Positions 13,583 to 26,699 of a stretch of 64,000 bases of DNA are shown piece by piece. How positions within the stretch are numbered: the first letter of the stretch is position 1; every line of letters begins with the position of its first letter. Source of the DNA: Haliotis rubra (taxonomy: Eukaryota); contig NW_025767045.1 of NCBI RefSeq assembly GCF_003918875.1, positions 496,001 through 560,000 of the forward strand, written 5' to 3'. The position numbers and the translations under genes were made by a program. The notes beneath the pieces were generated by a model that was not told where the DNA came from, ran no database searches, and saw nothing but the letters and a program-made list of their open reading frames with translations.

Positions 13583-15313
13583 ATGAAACGTTTTTTGACA
13601 CTTGCTGAAAGGGGGTCAGGCTATAGGCCTTTTGGAATCTGGTCAAACTCAGCGGCAGGTTGTTGTCCGCTTTAATGTGAGTCAGAGTGCTATTGGTAGG
13701 CTGAGATTTCAAGCCAATGGGTCCGTGGAATATGCACGTCGGTCATGTCGCCCCAGAGTCACAAGTGTCCGAGATGATAGGCACATGATTAACACTGCGC
13801 TACGTAACAGATTCCTTAACGCAGCAGATCTTCAGACAGAACACTTCAATGTGATAACAATGTAAGAATATCCAGGAGCACCGTTCGTCGACGTTTAAGG
13901 GAAGCCGGACTCCGCTGTAGGCGACCTGCAGTTCGTCCACCACTAACACCACGTCACAGGCAGGCGCTTTTGAGATGGAGTAGACTATGGCCACTGGAAT
14001 CAACGTCAGTGATCTCGTGTGCTCTTCACAGATGAAAGCAGATTCATTTTGCCCTTTCATGATGGTCGGCAGAGGATTTATCGTCGCAACGGAGAGCGAA
14101 TCACAGTTGCAACTAAAGCCACGCATAACCGATTTGGCAATACCGATTTGGCGGGGGGTCGGTCATGGTTTGGGCAGGGATAACTCCTATACTGGACGTA
14201 CTCCACTGCACATGGTCGATGGTAATCTTACCGGACAGCGTTATCGGGACGAGATTCTGGCTCCTATAGCAGTACCATTCCTGCAAGCTATGCATAGCTT
14301 TTATGGTTGACCCTCTTTACTGCAAGACGACAACGCTTGGCCTTATAGAGCCAGCATTTTCACGGAATTCCTTAGGCAGCAGAGTGCAGAGCGGATGGAG
14401 TGGCCAGCATGCTCGCCAGACCTCAACCACAGGGGCGTGTCACGCTTAGAAACAGCGTTAGAAAGACATATAAGTACATAGACCCTACCCTAGTACTATA
14501 TAAAAGGAAAGGGATGTAACGACGGAACCACCCCCTCCTCAATCAATGTTAGATTTCACCACGTAAACTATTTTTAAGGCCCCGTCGAGGCCTACGGATC
14601 GAAAGCGAGATGATTTCCCTACAAAATGAGCTATAAATGGTCACAATCGGATCATTATTTCAAAAGTTATACGCCACGACTCACCGAAAACAGCTACGTC
14701 CGCAATTCCAAGCCAAAATCATGGATCACCCAAGACAGCGAAAACTCACCTTTTAAATTCGTTTATTAATTCCAGCCACGCTGACAGCACCTATGTAGGG
14801 CAAGATTCGATCGGGAGAGGCATTCCACGTGTCTAAAAACTTATTTCAACATCTACAAATCATTTCCTCGACAGTAAGCAGGCACTTGCTCCAAAACCAT
14901 CGGCAATCATACTTGGCCATAGATGGCCTTGACATCATTTTGTAGGGAAATCATCTCGCTTTCGATCCGTAGGCCTCGACGGGGCCTTAAAAATAGTTTA
15001 CGTGGTGAAATCTAACTTTGATTGAGGAGGGGGTGGTTCCGTCGTTACATCCATTCCTATACATGTATATAGTACTAGGGTAGGGTCTATGTACCTATAT
15101 GTCTTTCTAACACTGTTTCTAAGCGTCACACGCCCCTGTGACCTCAAACCATTTGAGCATTCCTGGGGTGAACTCGACGTGTGGACACTCCGCAGAGCTC
15201 TAGTAGAGTAATGGAATGCGATTCCGCAAGCTTTCTTTATGAACTTGATATATAGCACGAGAACAAGGTGCACATGTGTCTTGAAAGCGCGAGGAGGGTA
15301 CACACGATATTGA
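13583..15313 (+). pseudogene. Decayed Tc1-family transposase, interrupted by the foldback element
   Basis: HTH-like N-terminus (QAIGLLESGQTQRQVVVRFNVSQSAIGRL, then RPRVTSVRDDR) and catalytic-region motifs FTDESRF, VMVWAG, LQDDNA, EWPACSPDLN in shifting frames. The reading resumes after 15140 and ends ARGGYTRY-stop. Many frameshifts. Confidence 0.88.
14428..15140. mobile_element. Internally deleted copy of the 3401-4708 foldback element
   Basis: Nearly complete left arm plus ~205 bp of right arm. Flanks ACCTCAAC / ACCTCAAA suggest an ~8-bp TSD inside the Tc1 SPDLN codons. Confidence 0.88.
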
Positions 15314-15767
15314 ATGACCGAGTGCTTCATGTTTGTCATTTTCATTGTGAGAGGTTGGTCAACTGATGTTTGCTAGAGCTGTTTGAAGTGATTGTATGTA
15401 CATGTATGTCACGATGTGTCACGTTTGTCAACACATTAAGCATGATGATGACACTCTTAGTTCTATTAATTCTGAGAACCTTCCTTTACATGTGCTGTAT
15501 ATCATTTGACACTTTTTAAAGAGCTTTTTGTTGCATTTTATCTTCAATATTTTCGAAAACCTCGATCCCAATTTCAATATACAAAAGGCATGTCTAATAT
15601 CAATTTATCATATACGAATGTATATTATACATGTATGCCCAAATCTCAAAATGAATGAACATTCGCCGTTTAATTTAGTTGGATACATAATAGGTGGGAT
15701 AGGATAGTGGTTAAATGTTCGCTCGTCACGCCGAACACTAAGTTGCCCACACTGGTACAATGTGTGA

Positions 15768-16008
15768 TTGGTTGGTTTGTTTGTTGTTCAACGCCGCACT
15801 CAGCAATATTCCAGCTATATGGCGGCGGTCTGTAAATAATCGAGTCTGGACCAGACAATCTAGGCATCAACAGCATGAGCATCGACCTACGCAATTGGAA
15901 AACGATGACATGTGTCAACCAAGTCATCGAGCCTGACCACCCGATCCCGTTGGTCGCCTTTTACGACAGGGTTTCTGAAGACCAAGTCTAACCCGGATCT
16001 TCACGGGC
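15768..16008 (-). mobile_element. Interspersed repeat family B, inserted into a family A SINE head
   Basis: Reverse complement of the family B consensus, directly after a truncated family A head (~15690-15765). Confidence 0.78.
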
Positions 16009-17201
16009 ACCTTCTGTAATGAATGTGTTGCTCTCGGTATGTCACAATGCTCGCTCCTGAATCCCAAATACTACCCACAGAACACGTTCCATGGACATAA
16101 GAGGAAGCGATTTGAAGTGAAGTTATCGAAAAATAAGACATATAATGGATCATTTTTGTATGTGCACCTCTAATAATTTTTAAATGTTGAATCTTCGATT
16201 GACCCGGGACTCCTTCTTGCCGGAGGCGAGGGATGGCAGCCTCTGCATTCGTCACCACTCGCCTGTTTCCGTAAACTGCAAGGATTGCTATATTACGTCC
16301 CAGAAAAACACGAGTTGCTGACGTATGTAGTTTCACACTCTCTGAACAATATTAATTGTCCCTTCCGCCAAGCCCTACCTGTAATGCAAAAGCCCTAAAC
16401 TGAACAAAGTACAGATTTATAGCAGGTTCTGCATCTCATCTGTTTATTTAAAAAATTTAATAGGGTTATCTGTTACTATCTAAATTATATATATTCTAAG
16501 TTAGTCTTGACCCGTATATCCCATTTCCGAGCCCAGTCTGTTGAAGATGAGGAACATCATGGTAACCTGTATATTTCATGATGATCAACCTCATATTTTT
16601 TCCAGTCTTTTTATTAATTCAATAATTTTACAAAATAATTTTATATTTCTAATATGAATAACTGTCTTGTTTTAGTTATATACTATGTCTCAGAGATGTC
16701 ATTTTATCAAACATCATTTTTCATTTTATAAATGTTAGCAATTTTATGTTTACGATTTTCTTTTTGCCATTTATGATCGGGTATTACGTATTGTATTGAA
16801 AAACGACATAATTAGATATTTTCACAGTATGTGATATGTACGATTTCGGATTTTTATTTCACTGGGATCCAGATCGCTGCTCTTTCTCTCCTTAACGACT
16901 TTCACGGAAGTTAATTAGGATTGCTTCTGTGCTGATTTCATGGGTCAGTTTCACTTCAAAGCCTTCATACCTGCAATAGGCTTAGCAGCGATTACCAATA
17001 AGACATAATTTAAAGTCGAAGAATAGATGAAACTTTGAAATCCATTATACTGAGCGTATCTGCCACACCACTCGAGGTTAAGCGTACCTTCTGAATTTAC
17101 GAGTTATTTCCCTTAGAAAACTAACACCACGTGCAAACAGGAATGACAATGCAGTATATCTGATCTTGTGAGTTTTCCTGTCACTGGAACAATCCGAAGC
17201 G

Positions 17202-18973
17202 ATGTCGACCATTGACGAGAGGCGTTGTGCAGCAGTGATTGGAGCTTTGGTTGCAGATGCAGCCGGTAAACGATTTCTTTAGCTCGTATTGATAACGAAT
17301 GACAAGGCATTATATGCTATATGTGAGTGAGCCTTTGAACAAGCCGCCACGGTTCAACTACCGGCTTTCACTGTCAGCCTTGGTTCGATTCCCCACATGG
17401 GTACAATGTGTGGTGTCCCCCGCCGTGATATTGCTGGAATATTACTAAAAGCGGCATAAAACCATACTCACTCACTCATGTTAGCCTCATTTGACAGATC
17501 TTGATGGATTTGTTGCGAAGCGCGATGATCATGACTCAGCTTGAATCAATCGCTGCCCGTGATATCGATCATTGTTTTGTTGCGTTAATTGGAGTATGGT
17601 TTTACGCCGCTTTTAGCTGTACCACGGCGGGGGACATCAGAAATGGGCTTCACACATATATTGTGCCCATATGGAATCGGACCAGGTCTTAGACTGACCA
17701 GCCAACGCTTTAAGTGTTCATAATCTCTCTCTCTCCCTCTCTCTCCTCTCCCCCCTCTCTCTCTGTTGGGAGTGTGTGCGATGCTTAAATGTATAGAAGC
17801 ATGTACAACAATGAAGGACCCTCCCCTGCATGTCATATACATAATCAATGACACGCGCTACTAACGCTATCAATCACACACACACACACACACACACACA
17901 ATTGGGTGAAAACCACCACCAGTGCTCATGCTATTGATCTCTGGATTGTCAGGTTCGGACTTGATAATTAACAGATCATAGCCTTTTTGCTGATATATTG
18001 CTGAGTGGCATTAAACAACAAGCTAGAACCCAGTCCTTGTGGAAAACTGAAAAAAACCAAGGCATTTTGCATGGTGACAGTGATATACGAGGCATATACT
18101 CACCCCACCACAATAAATCTGTGCTTTCATTTTAGATCTATAAGACATAATCCTTTGAGTTAAGAAGTCATTGCATTTAAGAGTGACATATCATATTACC
18201 TTCATTCTTATTTTAATGGTTATTATGTCTATTATGATCATCATTACTGTTGCCTGTTACAGCGGAGCCCCTGCACTGGATATACAATGATGAGACACTG
18301 AAAGGCATCATTGATGGAAAGGAGGAGATTGAGTTTCTGACCCCTTCATCAAACCCTTTCTATGAGGTTGAAACTGGGGAGCAGAGTTGCTATGGTGACC
18401 AAGAGTTGGTCATTCTCAGGTCCCTTGTGACCAATAAAGGTAGTGAAGAAAACAAGAATGGAATCTTTTTTTTATAATCATACCTCTCTACCTGTGATGA
18501 TCCAGATTAAAATTGGTCTTCAGTAACCCATGCTTGTCATAAGAGGCGACTAACGGGATTGGATGGTCAGACTTGCTGACTTGGTTGACACGTCATCATA
18601 TCCCAGTTGCGTAGATTGATGCTCATGCTGTTGATCACTGGATTGTCTGGTCCAGACACGATTAATTGCAGACTGCCATCAAATAGCTGGAATATTGCTG
18701 AGTCCGGCATTAAACAACAAACACAACGAATCGTACCTTAAAATGTAAATTTATAAGTGTCAGTTTGCGTAAATGGAGGGTAGTGGTGCTAAAACTGAAC
18801 TTGGCAAGGACCAAATTGACAAGTACTTTATCTCAGTCACTAGGCCCAGAGGTGGATACAGCTTTTTGAGAAAGGGGGGGTGTGTACACTATTGAGAAAA
18901 GGAGGGGTGCACGCTTCATTTTCACCAGAGTTTCAATGGTCATTTAACAAACTTTCAGCACAAAAGGGGTGTG

Positions 18974-19040
<67 letters not shown>

Positions 19041-22000
19041 CTGGATCCGCCTATGAAGTCACTGTCTCTTGATCAGGGCCAAAGTGGGAATTCCGGGTTA
19101 CAATTCAGCATTAGCGACTGATCTTGCTTTGGAGTGTAACTTTGTGTAAGAATGGATTTGTGTATATGTGTGAACTTGGTCTCGTTGGTTATGGCTATAA
19201 CAATGCTGATGCGACATAAAATTTGAACTCACTCACTGACTCACTATTCCATTTGGGCTGTTGTGTAATGAATAGCACTATTTCACTGTAATCAGCGGGT
19301 GGTGGGGTAGCCTAGTGGTTAAAGCATTCGCTTGTCACGCCAAAGACCCAGGTTTGATTCCCCATATGGGTACAGTGTGCCAAGCCCATTTCTGGAGTCC
19401 CCTGCCATTATATTGCTGTAATATTGTTAAAACCACACTCACTCACTCCATATAGTTTGTGCAGGGCTGTCTTGTCAATCTTAATATAAGTCATTGTTAC
19501 AGTGTCATGCGGCTGAAGAAGGAAACGACTGCCTGTCATGGTGACGTATACACAATACATCGCTTGTATTTGGTATATTCATTGTAATTAATAATGTTGT
19601 ATTTTAAATCAGGGATTAATCTGGCAGCAATGAAGAAAACCTTGTTTGAAGTGTTTGGGCCTGGGTCGGTGTATGAAAAGGCTGTACAAGAAAAGGGTGA
19701 GTTGGAAGATAACATTTCTGTTGCATGTTGATTGTCAATCTCCTTAGAAATCATTAAGTTTGTCGTGCTGAAAATTTATTTCAGTAATATTTACAATGGT
19801 TCTTTCTTGTCTCATTCGGGAACTTTTTGTTGCATTCAAAGCATCGTCATGCCAAAGACCCAGGTTCAATTCCCCATAAGGGTACATTGTGTGAGGCACA
19901 TTTCTGGTGTCCCCCCGCCATGATATTGTTGAAGTATTGCTCAAAGCAGCGTAAAATCCAGCTCACTCACTCTTGTCACATTCCTTTCACCAACCATTTG
20001 ATATTGAAAGGTGGGGAGCTGGGAAGTTTGTATGGAGACTATATTTCTTTTCAGAATTGAAACCAGTTGTTTTGATCAAAATTAGAAGTATAAATATCTT
20101 TTCAGAAAGAAATAACACCTTTAGCAAGTCTAGATATTGTAATTTAGTAGAAGATGATGTTTTTCAATTGTCTGAAGCATATTTTTCAAGTATTTTTGTT
20201 TGGACAATATTTTGGGGGTCATTGAATCCCAGGCGACCATGTGAGTATCATATAGTCGTTCCCTTTACTTGAACAGATAAGCTTCATGTCTGCTGTGTCA
20301 TTATTTCAGAAAAGACAGGGGCAAAGCGTCTGAAGGGACCGTACAGGAACGGAAGTGTGCGGGAATTCCTCAAGAAATACAGCGAGGGAAAAGCCAACAC
20401 AGGTCATATAATTGTGGCTTGTGGTCTGTGATGAAAGGATAAATCTTTCTGAAAGATAGGAAAGAAGAAATCACTTCAAATTTTGAAAATCATATGCTGT
20501 ACATTTGATGACTAACCAGTTGAAGTTATCTTTACATCATTAAAAAAAATTCTGTAACACCTTCATCTTGTTTGAACAACACAACCTGTCAGAGAGTATG
20601 AACAGTACGTGAAGGTCATATATGGTGTGATATTTCTGAAATATTGCTAAAAGCGACATAAAACCATGCTCACTTGTTTCCTGTGGTAACACTCCTTGAA
20701 AAAATATTGGAATTTTAATGAACACGCCTGACCTCAAAAGTTTTGTCCTGAGTAGACATGAGGTTAGAGTTATGCAGTTCGGAGTCAAAAGAGATTAAAG
20801 GTGTTCCGATGATCAAAAATAATCGAAAATCGATCGAAAGAAGGATTTCAAATGATGATCGATTGTAGAAAACATATTTTCAATTAATCGGAATTTGGTT
20901 GTTTTAGAATAACACACCTGAATGAATTAAGCTAACCATTAAATTTGATGAATATTCACGAAACAAACATGCGCTCAAGAACGTAACGTTATGCGCATTG
21001 TACAATTTTAACCACTTTTGTTGTTTAATTACAATTCCAGTGTCTTTCTTGCATGTGTGCATTTCATTGCATGACAGTATTAGTTATAAAACAAACATTA
21101 ATTAGAAAAAACCTGGGAAAATATCCTTATTATTCATTAAAAATGTATATATTTCGATGATAATCGATAATTGTTCACCTCAAGTCCTCCGATAATCGAT
21201 AGGGGTTTTTGTTTCCAATTCCCAACACTAACCAGCAACTAGACATTGTAAATGCTAACTGTACCTGGTGTAGCCAATATAAACTTTCCAATGCTGGGAT
21301 TCAAACCACATACCTTCTGATCTGAAGTTGGACGCCTTGTCCACATGACCAAGGAGGTCAACCCTGTAGTAAGCTGACAATGTAAGGATGTCATCTGCAG
21401 GATGACTCCATGCCTGCTACACTGGCAGTGAGTGGTGCTGGACTATTTTTCAGGTTCCGACAGTGACGACCAAATGGACTGCGTGATCAGATCTATTCCA
21501 GTGGTAGCTCTCTATGCAGGGAAACCAGATATGTTGCAGAAGGTGGAGGAAGTCGTCAGAATCTCCCATAATGCCCCAGTAGCTGTTGCCTGTTCTCTGT
21601 CAGCAGCAAGGTACCAGAATATGTGTTATGATAAATTGAGTATTTTCCCATCCGATTAATTAGAGACATGTTACTGTTACTAATTTGATCTTGTTCAAAA
21701 AAGATTAATTATACGATTGACATATATCTATGTGCTCTGAGCCACTAGATTGATGAGGCTGAATGCCTACAGGTTGCTGGAATACTATATCGTCCATGGG
21801 AAGAGCCCTGATGCTGTGGAGCAGACGTCATCCAAGCTATCTGACGACCAGGCGGGAAAACTACAAGAGGTCTTAAAGAAGAAAAACACACCCCACAATG
21901 AAGTTGCCAAGGCTTTTGGCAGAGCTTGTTGTAAGTTGGGTGCTTGGGAAAAAAGTGAAACCGTTTGAAGACCTGACCTTCCAGACAGACAGACAGACAA

Positions 22001-25000
22001 ACAGATGGTTTATTATAGTCTCACCTCAAGTATGCATAACAGTATATTAAGTTATTAAAATGAGCCACTCCTTTTGGAGTTATGAGAGACTAAACATTAA
22101 AAAGTACAAATTAAATTTTCCATGTGTGTAGATTCCAAAGATATTAGGTGTTACAGATATTGATGTCATTTGATTGTTGGAATAGTAACTGTATTGGTCG
22201 AGGAATTCTTATGTACATGGCATTGTTGGGGTACATCATTTGAGCGATGGGTATTGTAGACATAATTTTAGGTATTTGTAGTGTATTTGGCATTGAAACT
22301 GTTTAGGCATTTTAGTGTACTGTGCATTGAAGTGGATAAGGCATTGTAGTGTACTGTTAGATTGATAAAAAGCGCTTTACAAATATTTGTATGTATGTAT
22401 TGTAGTGTACTGTGCATTGTAGTGGATAAGGCATTGTAGTGTACTGTTCATTGTAGTGGATAAGGCATTGTAGTGTACTGTGCATTGTAGTGGATAAGGC
22501 ATTGTAGTGTACTGTGCATTGTAGTGGATAAGGCATTGTAGTGTTCTGTGCATTGTAGTGGATAAGGCATTGTAGTGTTCTGTGCATTGTAGTGGATAAG
22601 GCATTGTAGTGTACTGTGCATTGTAGTGGATAAGGCATTGTAGTGTACTGTGCATTGTAGTGGATAAGGCATTGTAGTGTACATTGTAGTGTGCATTGTA
22701 GTGGATAAGGCATTGTAGTGTTCTGTGCATTGTAGTGGATAAGGCATTGTAGTGTACTGTGCATTGTAGTGGATAAGGCATTGTAGTGTACTCTGTGCAT
22801 TGTAGTGGATAAGGCATTGTAGTGCACTGTGTATAAAGGCATTGTAGTGTACTGTGGATAAGGCATTGTAGTGTACTGTGCATTGTAGTGTAGTGGATTG
22901 TAGTGGATAAAGGCATTGTAGTGTACTGTGCATTGTAGTGGATAAGGCATTGTAGTGGATAAGGCATTGTAGTGTACTGTGCATTGTAGTGGATAAGGCA
23001 TTGTAGTGTACTGTGCATTGTAGTGGATAAGGCATTGTAGTGTTCTGTGCATTGTAGTGGATAAGGCATTGTAGTGTGTGCATGTAGCATTGTAGTGTAC
23101 TGTATTGTAGTGGATAGTGGATAAGGCATTGTAGTGTTCTGTGCTGTGCATTGTAGTGGATAAGGCATTGTAGTGTACTGTGCATTGTAGTGGATAAGGC
23201 ATTGTAGTGTACTGTGCATTGTAGTGGATAAGGCATTGTAGTGTACTGTGCATTGTAGTGGATAAGGCATTGTAGTGTACTGTGCATTGTAGTGGATAAG
23301 GCATTGTAGTGTACATTGTAGTGGATAAGGCATTGTAGTGGATAAGGCATTGTAGTGTACTGTGCATTGTAGTGGATAAGGCATTGTAGTGTACTGTGCA
23401 TTGTAGTGGATAAGGCATTGTAGTGTACTGTGCATTGTAGTGTAGTGTTCTGTGCATTGTAGTGGATAAGGCATTGTAGTGTACTGTGCATTGTAGTGGA
23501 TAAGGCATTGTAGTGTACTGTGCATTGTAGTGGATAAGGCATTGTAGTGTACTGTGCATTGTAGTGGATAAGGCATTGTAGTGGATAAGGCATTGTAGTG
23601 TTCTGTGCATTGTAGTGGATAAGGCATTGTAGTGTACTGTGCATTGTAGTGGATAAGGCATTGTAGTGTACTGATAAGGCATTGTAGTGTTCTGTGCTTG
23701 TGCATTGTATGTACTGTGCATTGTAGTGGATAAGGCATTGTAGTGGATAAGGCATTGTAGTGTACTGTGCATTGTAGTGGATAAGGCATTGTAGTGTTCT
23801 GTGCATTGTAGTGGATAAGGCATTGTAGTGTACTGTGCATTGTAGTGGATAAGGCATTGTGTTCTGTGCATTGTGCATGTGGATAAGGCATTTAGTGTAT
23901 TGTAGTGGATAAGGCATTGTAGTGTTCTGGGAGTAAGGCATTGTAGTGTGCACTGTGCATTGTAGTGGATAAAGGCATTGTAGTGTTCACCAGTATATAA
24001 GGCATTGTAGTGTACTGTGCATTGTAGTGGATAAGGCATTGTAGTGTACTGTGCATTGTAGTGTTCTAGTGGATAAGGCATTGTAGTGTACTGTGCATTG
24101 TAGTGGATAAGGCATTGTAGTGTAATTGCATTGTAGTGGATAAGGCATTGTAGTGTACTGTGGATACTTGTAGTGTACATTGCATTGTAGTGGATAAGGC
24201 ATTGTAGTGTACTGTGCATTGTAGTGGATAAGGCATTGTAGTGTACTGTGCATTGTAGGGGATAAGGCATTGTAGTGGATAAGGCATTGTAGTGCAATAG
24301 GCATTGTTGTGTTGTAGGCATTGCAGTGTATAAGGAGGAATTGTAGTTTGTATAATGATAATTTTTAGACCTGTCGAAACTGTCAAGGGATCAGTGATGA
24401 CGTATGGTCAAAGTAGATATGCAAGAGTTTTGACTATTTTCATGCTGGTCTATGATATATTTTTTTCTGCATATCTGGCTTTAATAAATAACACCCAAAT
24501 TCAACACAATTTCAAGTAAACCATTCCTCAATAAAATGTGTGGGCATTCTGTTATAGTGATAGTGAATAACAAATAGAATTCAGCTTGTAATGCTACAAG
24601 TGCTTTGTGAATCAGGACCCCTACTTTTATACAATTCATGAATATTTAATTCTAGTGATGGCGAATAACGATTTGAATTCATGAAGGGATATGGTTTGAT
24701 TCCCCAAATATGTGAAATAGCTATATCCATCAGTTTGTTATAAGGCCCAAAAAAATAAATGTTCCGATTTCCTACATTTCAGAACTAGGGTAGGTAGGTA
24801 GTTTTTGTGTGTTTTTTTCAAAATATTTTTACATTACTCATGTGTCAGAAAATATATTTAATTTATTATGTGGTGAGTAAAATTGTTAGGCTCAGTGGGA
24901 ATATTTAGGGTCGGTCGGGAAATTGGAACCACACGCTTTTTTTTAGGCCTAAGCATATGTTAGGAACGTAGTTTACTGTATAGCTTGTAATGTTACAAGT

Positions 25001-25973
25001 CTTTGTGGATCAGGGCCTCATTCCTTCAAGCGATCACAGCGCTATGACAGTTGTAAGTCTATGTTAAAGTATTAGCGCTACGATCACTTTGAGGAATGGG
25101 CCCCTGGGCCCCGTTCCTCAAAGCGATTGTAGCGCTACAACAGTCGTAAGTCTATGTTAAAGTATGGGAGTTACGATCAACTTTGCGCTACGATTGCTTT
25201 GAGGAACGGGGCCCAGGTCCCAGATCCATCAACACATAAACTACCATGTATTTTATTCTCTTCCTGACAGCGGTGCCAGGTGCATGGCAGACGGCAATCC
25301 ATGCCATTATCAATGCCAGTGATTTCACTGGACCAGTGAGGACCACCAGCAGAGCAGGGGGAGGTAACTGCTCCAGATCAGGCTACATCGGCGCCTGTAT
25401 GGCAGCACAGGTTGGTGTTGAAATATATTACTTTGTGTACCCCTCTGACAAGTGTAAATCATCCTAACAAAAGTACAAAACCAAACCTAACAAGCGTACT
25501 AGAATCTGAACTTTACTGAGAAAGTGTAATCCCAAATATATGTCACCTTTGACCACTTTTCAAATGGTATTGTGTATTCATAAGTTTTGGCCGTGGGAGC
25601 CATGATTATTTACACTTGTCTGAGGGGTACACAAAGTATGTGATCTAGACTAGAAGTTTTCCAACTTCCAACTTGTTCAAATCCCAAATGGTATTCTACC
25701 TAAACAACATACTTTACTGAAAGAGTGTAACCCCAAATATAACATAAGTTACTTTTGACCACTTTGTATGTGAATTGTCTTGTGTTTGAATCTACTGGTC
25801 TCCCTGCTCCAGACTTAAATTGCATGTGTGTTTAAAAATTGACAGTTATTACAACTATTTTATTTATTTCCTTTCAGTATGGTTTAGACAGCATTCCTGA
25901 GTCGTGGAGGTCTCGAACAAATCACTACACCGAAATCAAGAACCTGGCTGAAGAGCTTATCAAACTTATGTAA
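17202..25973 (+). CDS. Cys-containing paralogue of selenoprotein J / J1-crystallin-like protein (ADP-ribosylglycohydrolase fold), 8 coding exons, ~322 aa
   Basis: join(17202-17265,18263-18439,19613-19696,20310-20402,21454-21610,21773-21930,25271-25410,25878-25973). All introns GT-AG with consistent phases; 969 nt open to TAA. Motifs ERRCAAVIGALVADAAAEPLHWIY, NPFY, SCYGDQ, LKGPYRNGS, DDQMDC, VVALYAGKP, FGRA-C-SVPGAWQ, SRSGYIGACMAAQYGLDSIPESW. Exons 1, 2, 5 and 7 are the same length as in the downstream paralogue. Confidence 0.9.
18491..18725 (+). mobile_element. Interspersed repeat family B (intronic)
   Basis: Matches the family B consensus, including TAAGAGGCGACTAACGGG. Confidence 0.78.
18974..19038. 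repeat. (CA)n microsatellite
   Basis: Long CA run. Confidence 0.95.
19297..19448 (+). mobile_element. tRNA-derived SINE (family A), intronic
   Basis: A/B boxes and consensus body. Confidence 0.85.
22305..24325. repeat. Intronic satellite, 34-bp unit made of two related 17-mers (GCATTGTAGTGTACTGT + GCATTGTAGTGGATAAG)
   Basis: ~2 kb head-to-tail array in intron 6 of the Cys paralogue; explains the long minus-strand pseudo-ORFs. Confidence 0.97.
25013..25214. mobile_element. Two adjacent short palindromic MITEs (GGGCCCCGTTCCTCAAAG-type TIR)
   Basis: Each unit has inverted ends GGGCC(C/T)C..TCC.CAA(A)G...CTTTGAGGAA.GGG.CCC; the two are joined by CTG. Related copies at ~31590-31706 and ~44533-45060. 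Confidence 0.7.
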
Positions 25974-26280
25974 TATGTCCTTCAACACATTTCCTGTCCA
26001 GCAATTACCATAGAGTCATCAGAGATATTGCCTGTGGATAGGAATAGGAAATCTTGTCCAATCAAATGCAGACCTCAGATACTCTGTTGTCCAATCTGCA
26101 TATTCTAGAAACAACGTGGTCACACCATTAATTTATATTTGAGACATTTTGCCTAAAATCAGATTTTTTATTAGAACTTGTTCAATTTGTAAGAAAACAC
26201 CTACTGGGACCAACAGGCCCATCCATGAGCCAACAAAATAAGTGAGGATTATGGGATGATGTTTACATACAATGGATGGT

Positions 26281-26325
26281 TCTTGTATGAAATGTTGCCA
26301 TAGTTACAACTGACAGTATTGAAGC
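26281..26325 (+). promoter_or_regulatory. SECIS-like hairpin (possible degenerate/fossil SECIS) downstream of the Cys paralogue stop
   Basis: ATGAA (26287-26291), then a 9-position stem ATGTTGCCA/TGACAGTAT, then TGAA (26320-26323); ~313 nt after the stop. The helix is short and there is no correctly placed AA. Confidence 0.35.
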
Positions 26326-26469
26326 TTTGTATCCCTGCCAGTGTTACCAGAGTTACAGGTGACGGTATTCAGCTTATGTATCCCAGTTAAAGACAATGAG
26401 ATTATTGGAGAATATAATCTGAATCTATATAAAACCTGAGTTTCAATGATCAACATTTATTTACCATCC

Positions 26470-26699
26470 CCAGGACCAATCTCAAATCCTTCGGCCAGAG
26501 ATCATTCTCATTCTGTGCTCCTTCTCTCTGCGACAGTCTTCCTTTTGATATCAAAACCTCCCCCATCTTTAGCTGTCTTCAAGTCCAAACTTAAAACCCA
26601 TCTCTTCTCCAAGTACTATCCTTGATACCTGCACTTTGAACAACCTCAACGGAAGGAAAATAGCGCGATAAATGCACTTATTATTATTATTATTATTAC
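26470..26699 (+). mobile_element. L2/CR1-type LINE 3' terminal fragment
   Basis: Degenerate ORF2 C-terminus (FKSKLKTHLF) followed by a (TAT)n tail; similar to ~10430-10655. Confidence 0.65.

Noticed and set aside
22357-24321. Long ORFs (654, 504 and 501 aa) on the - strand
   Set aside because: All three frames are open only because the 34-bp satellite lacks stops on that strand. The translations are periodic and lie in an intron of the + strand gene.
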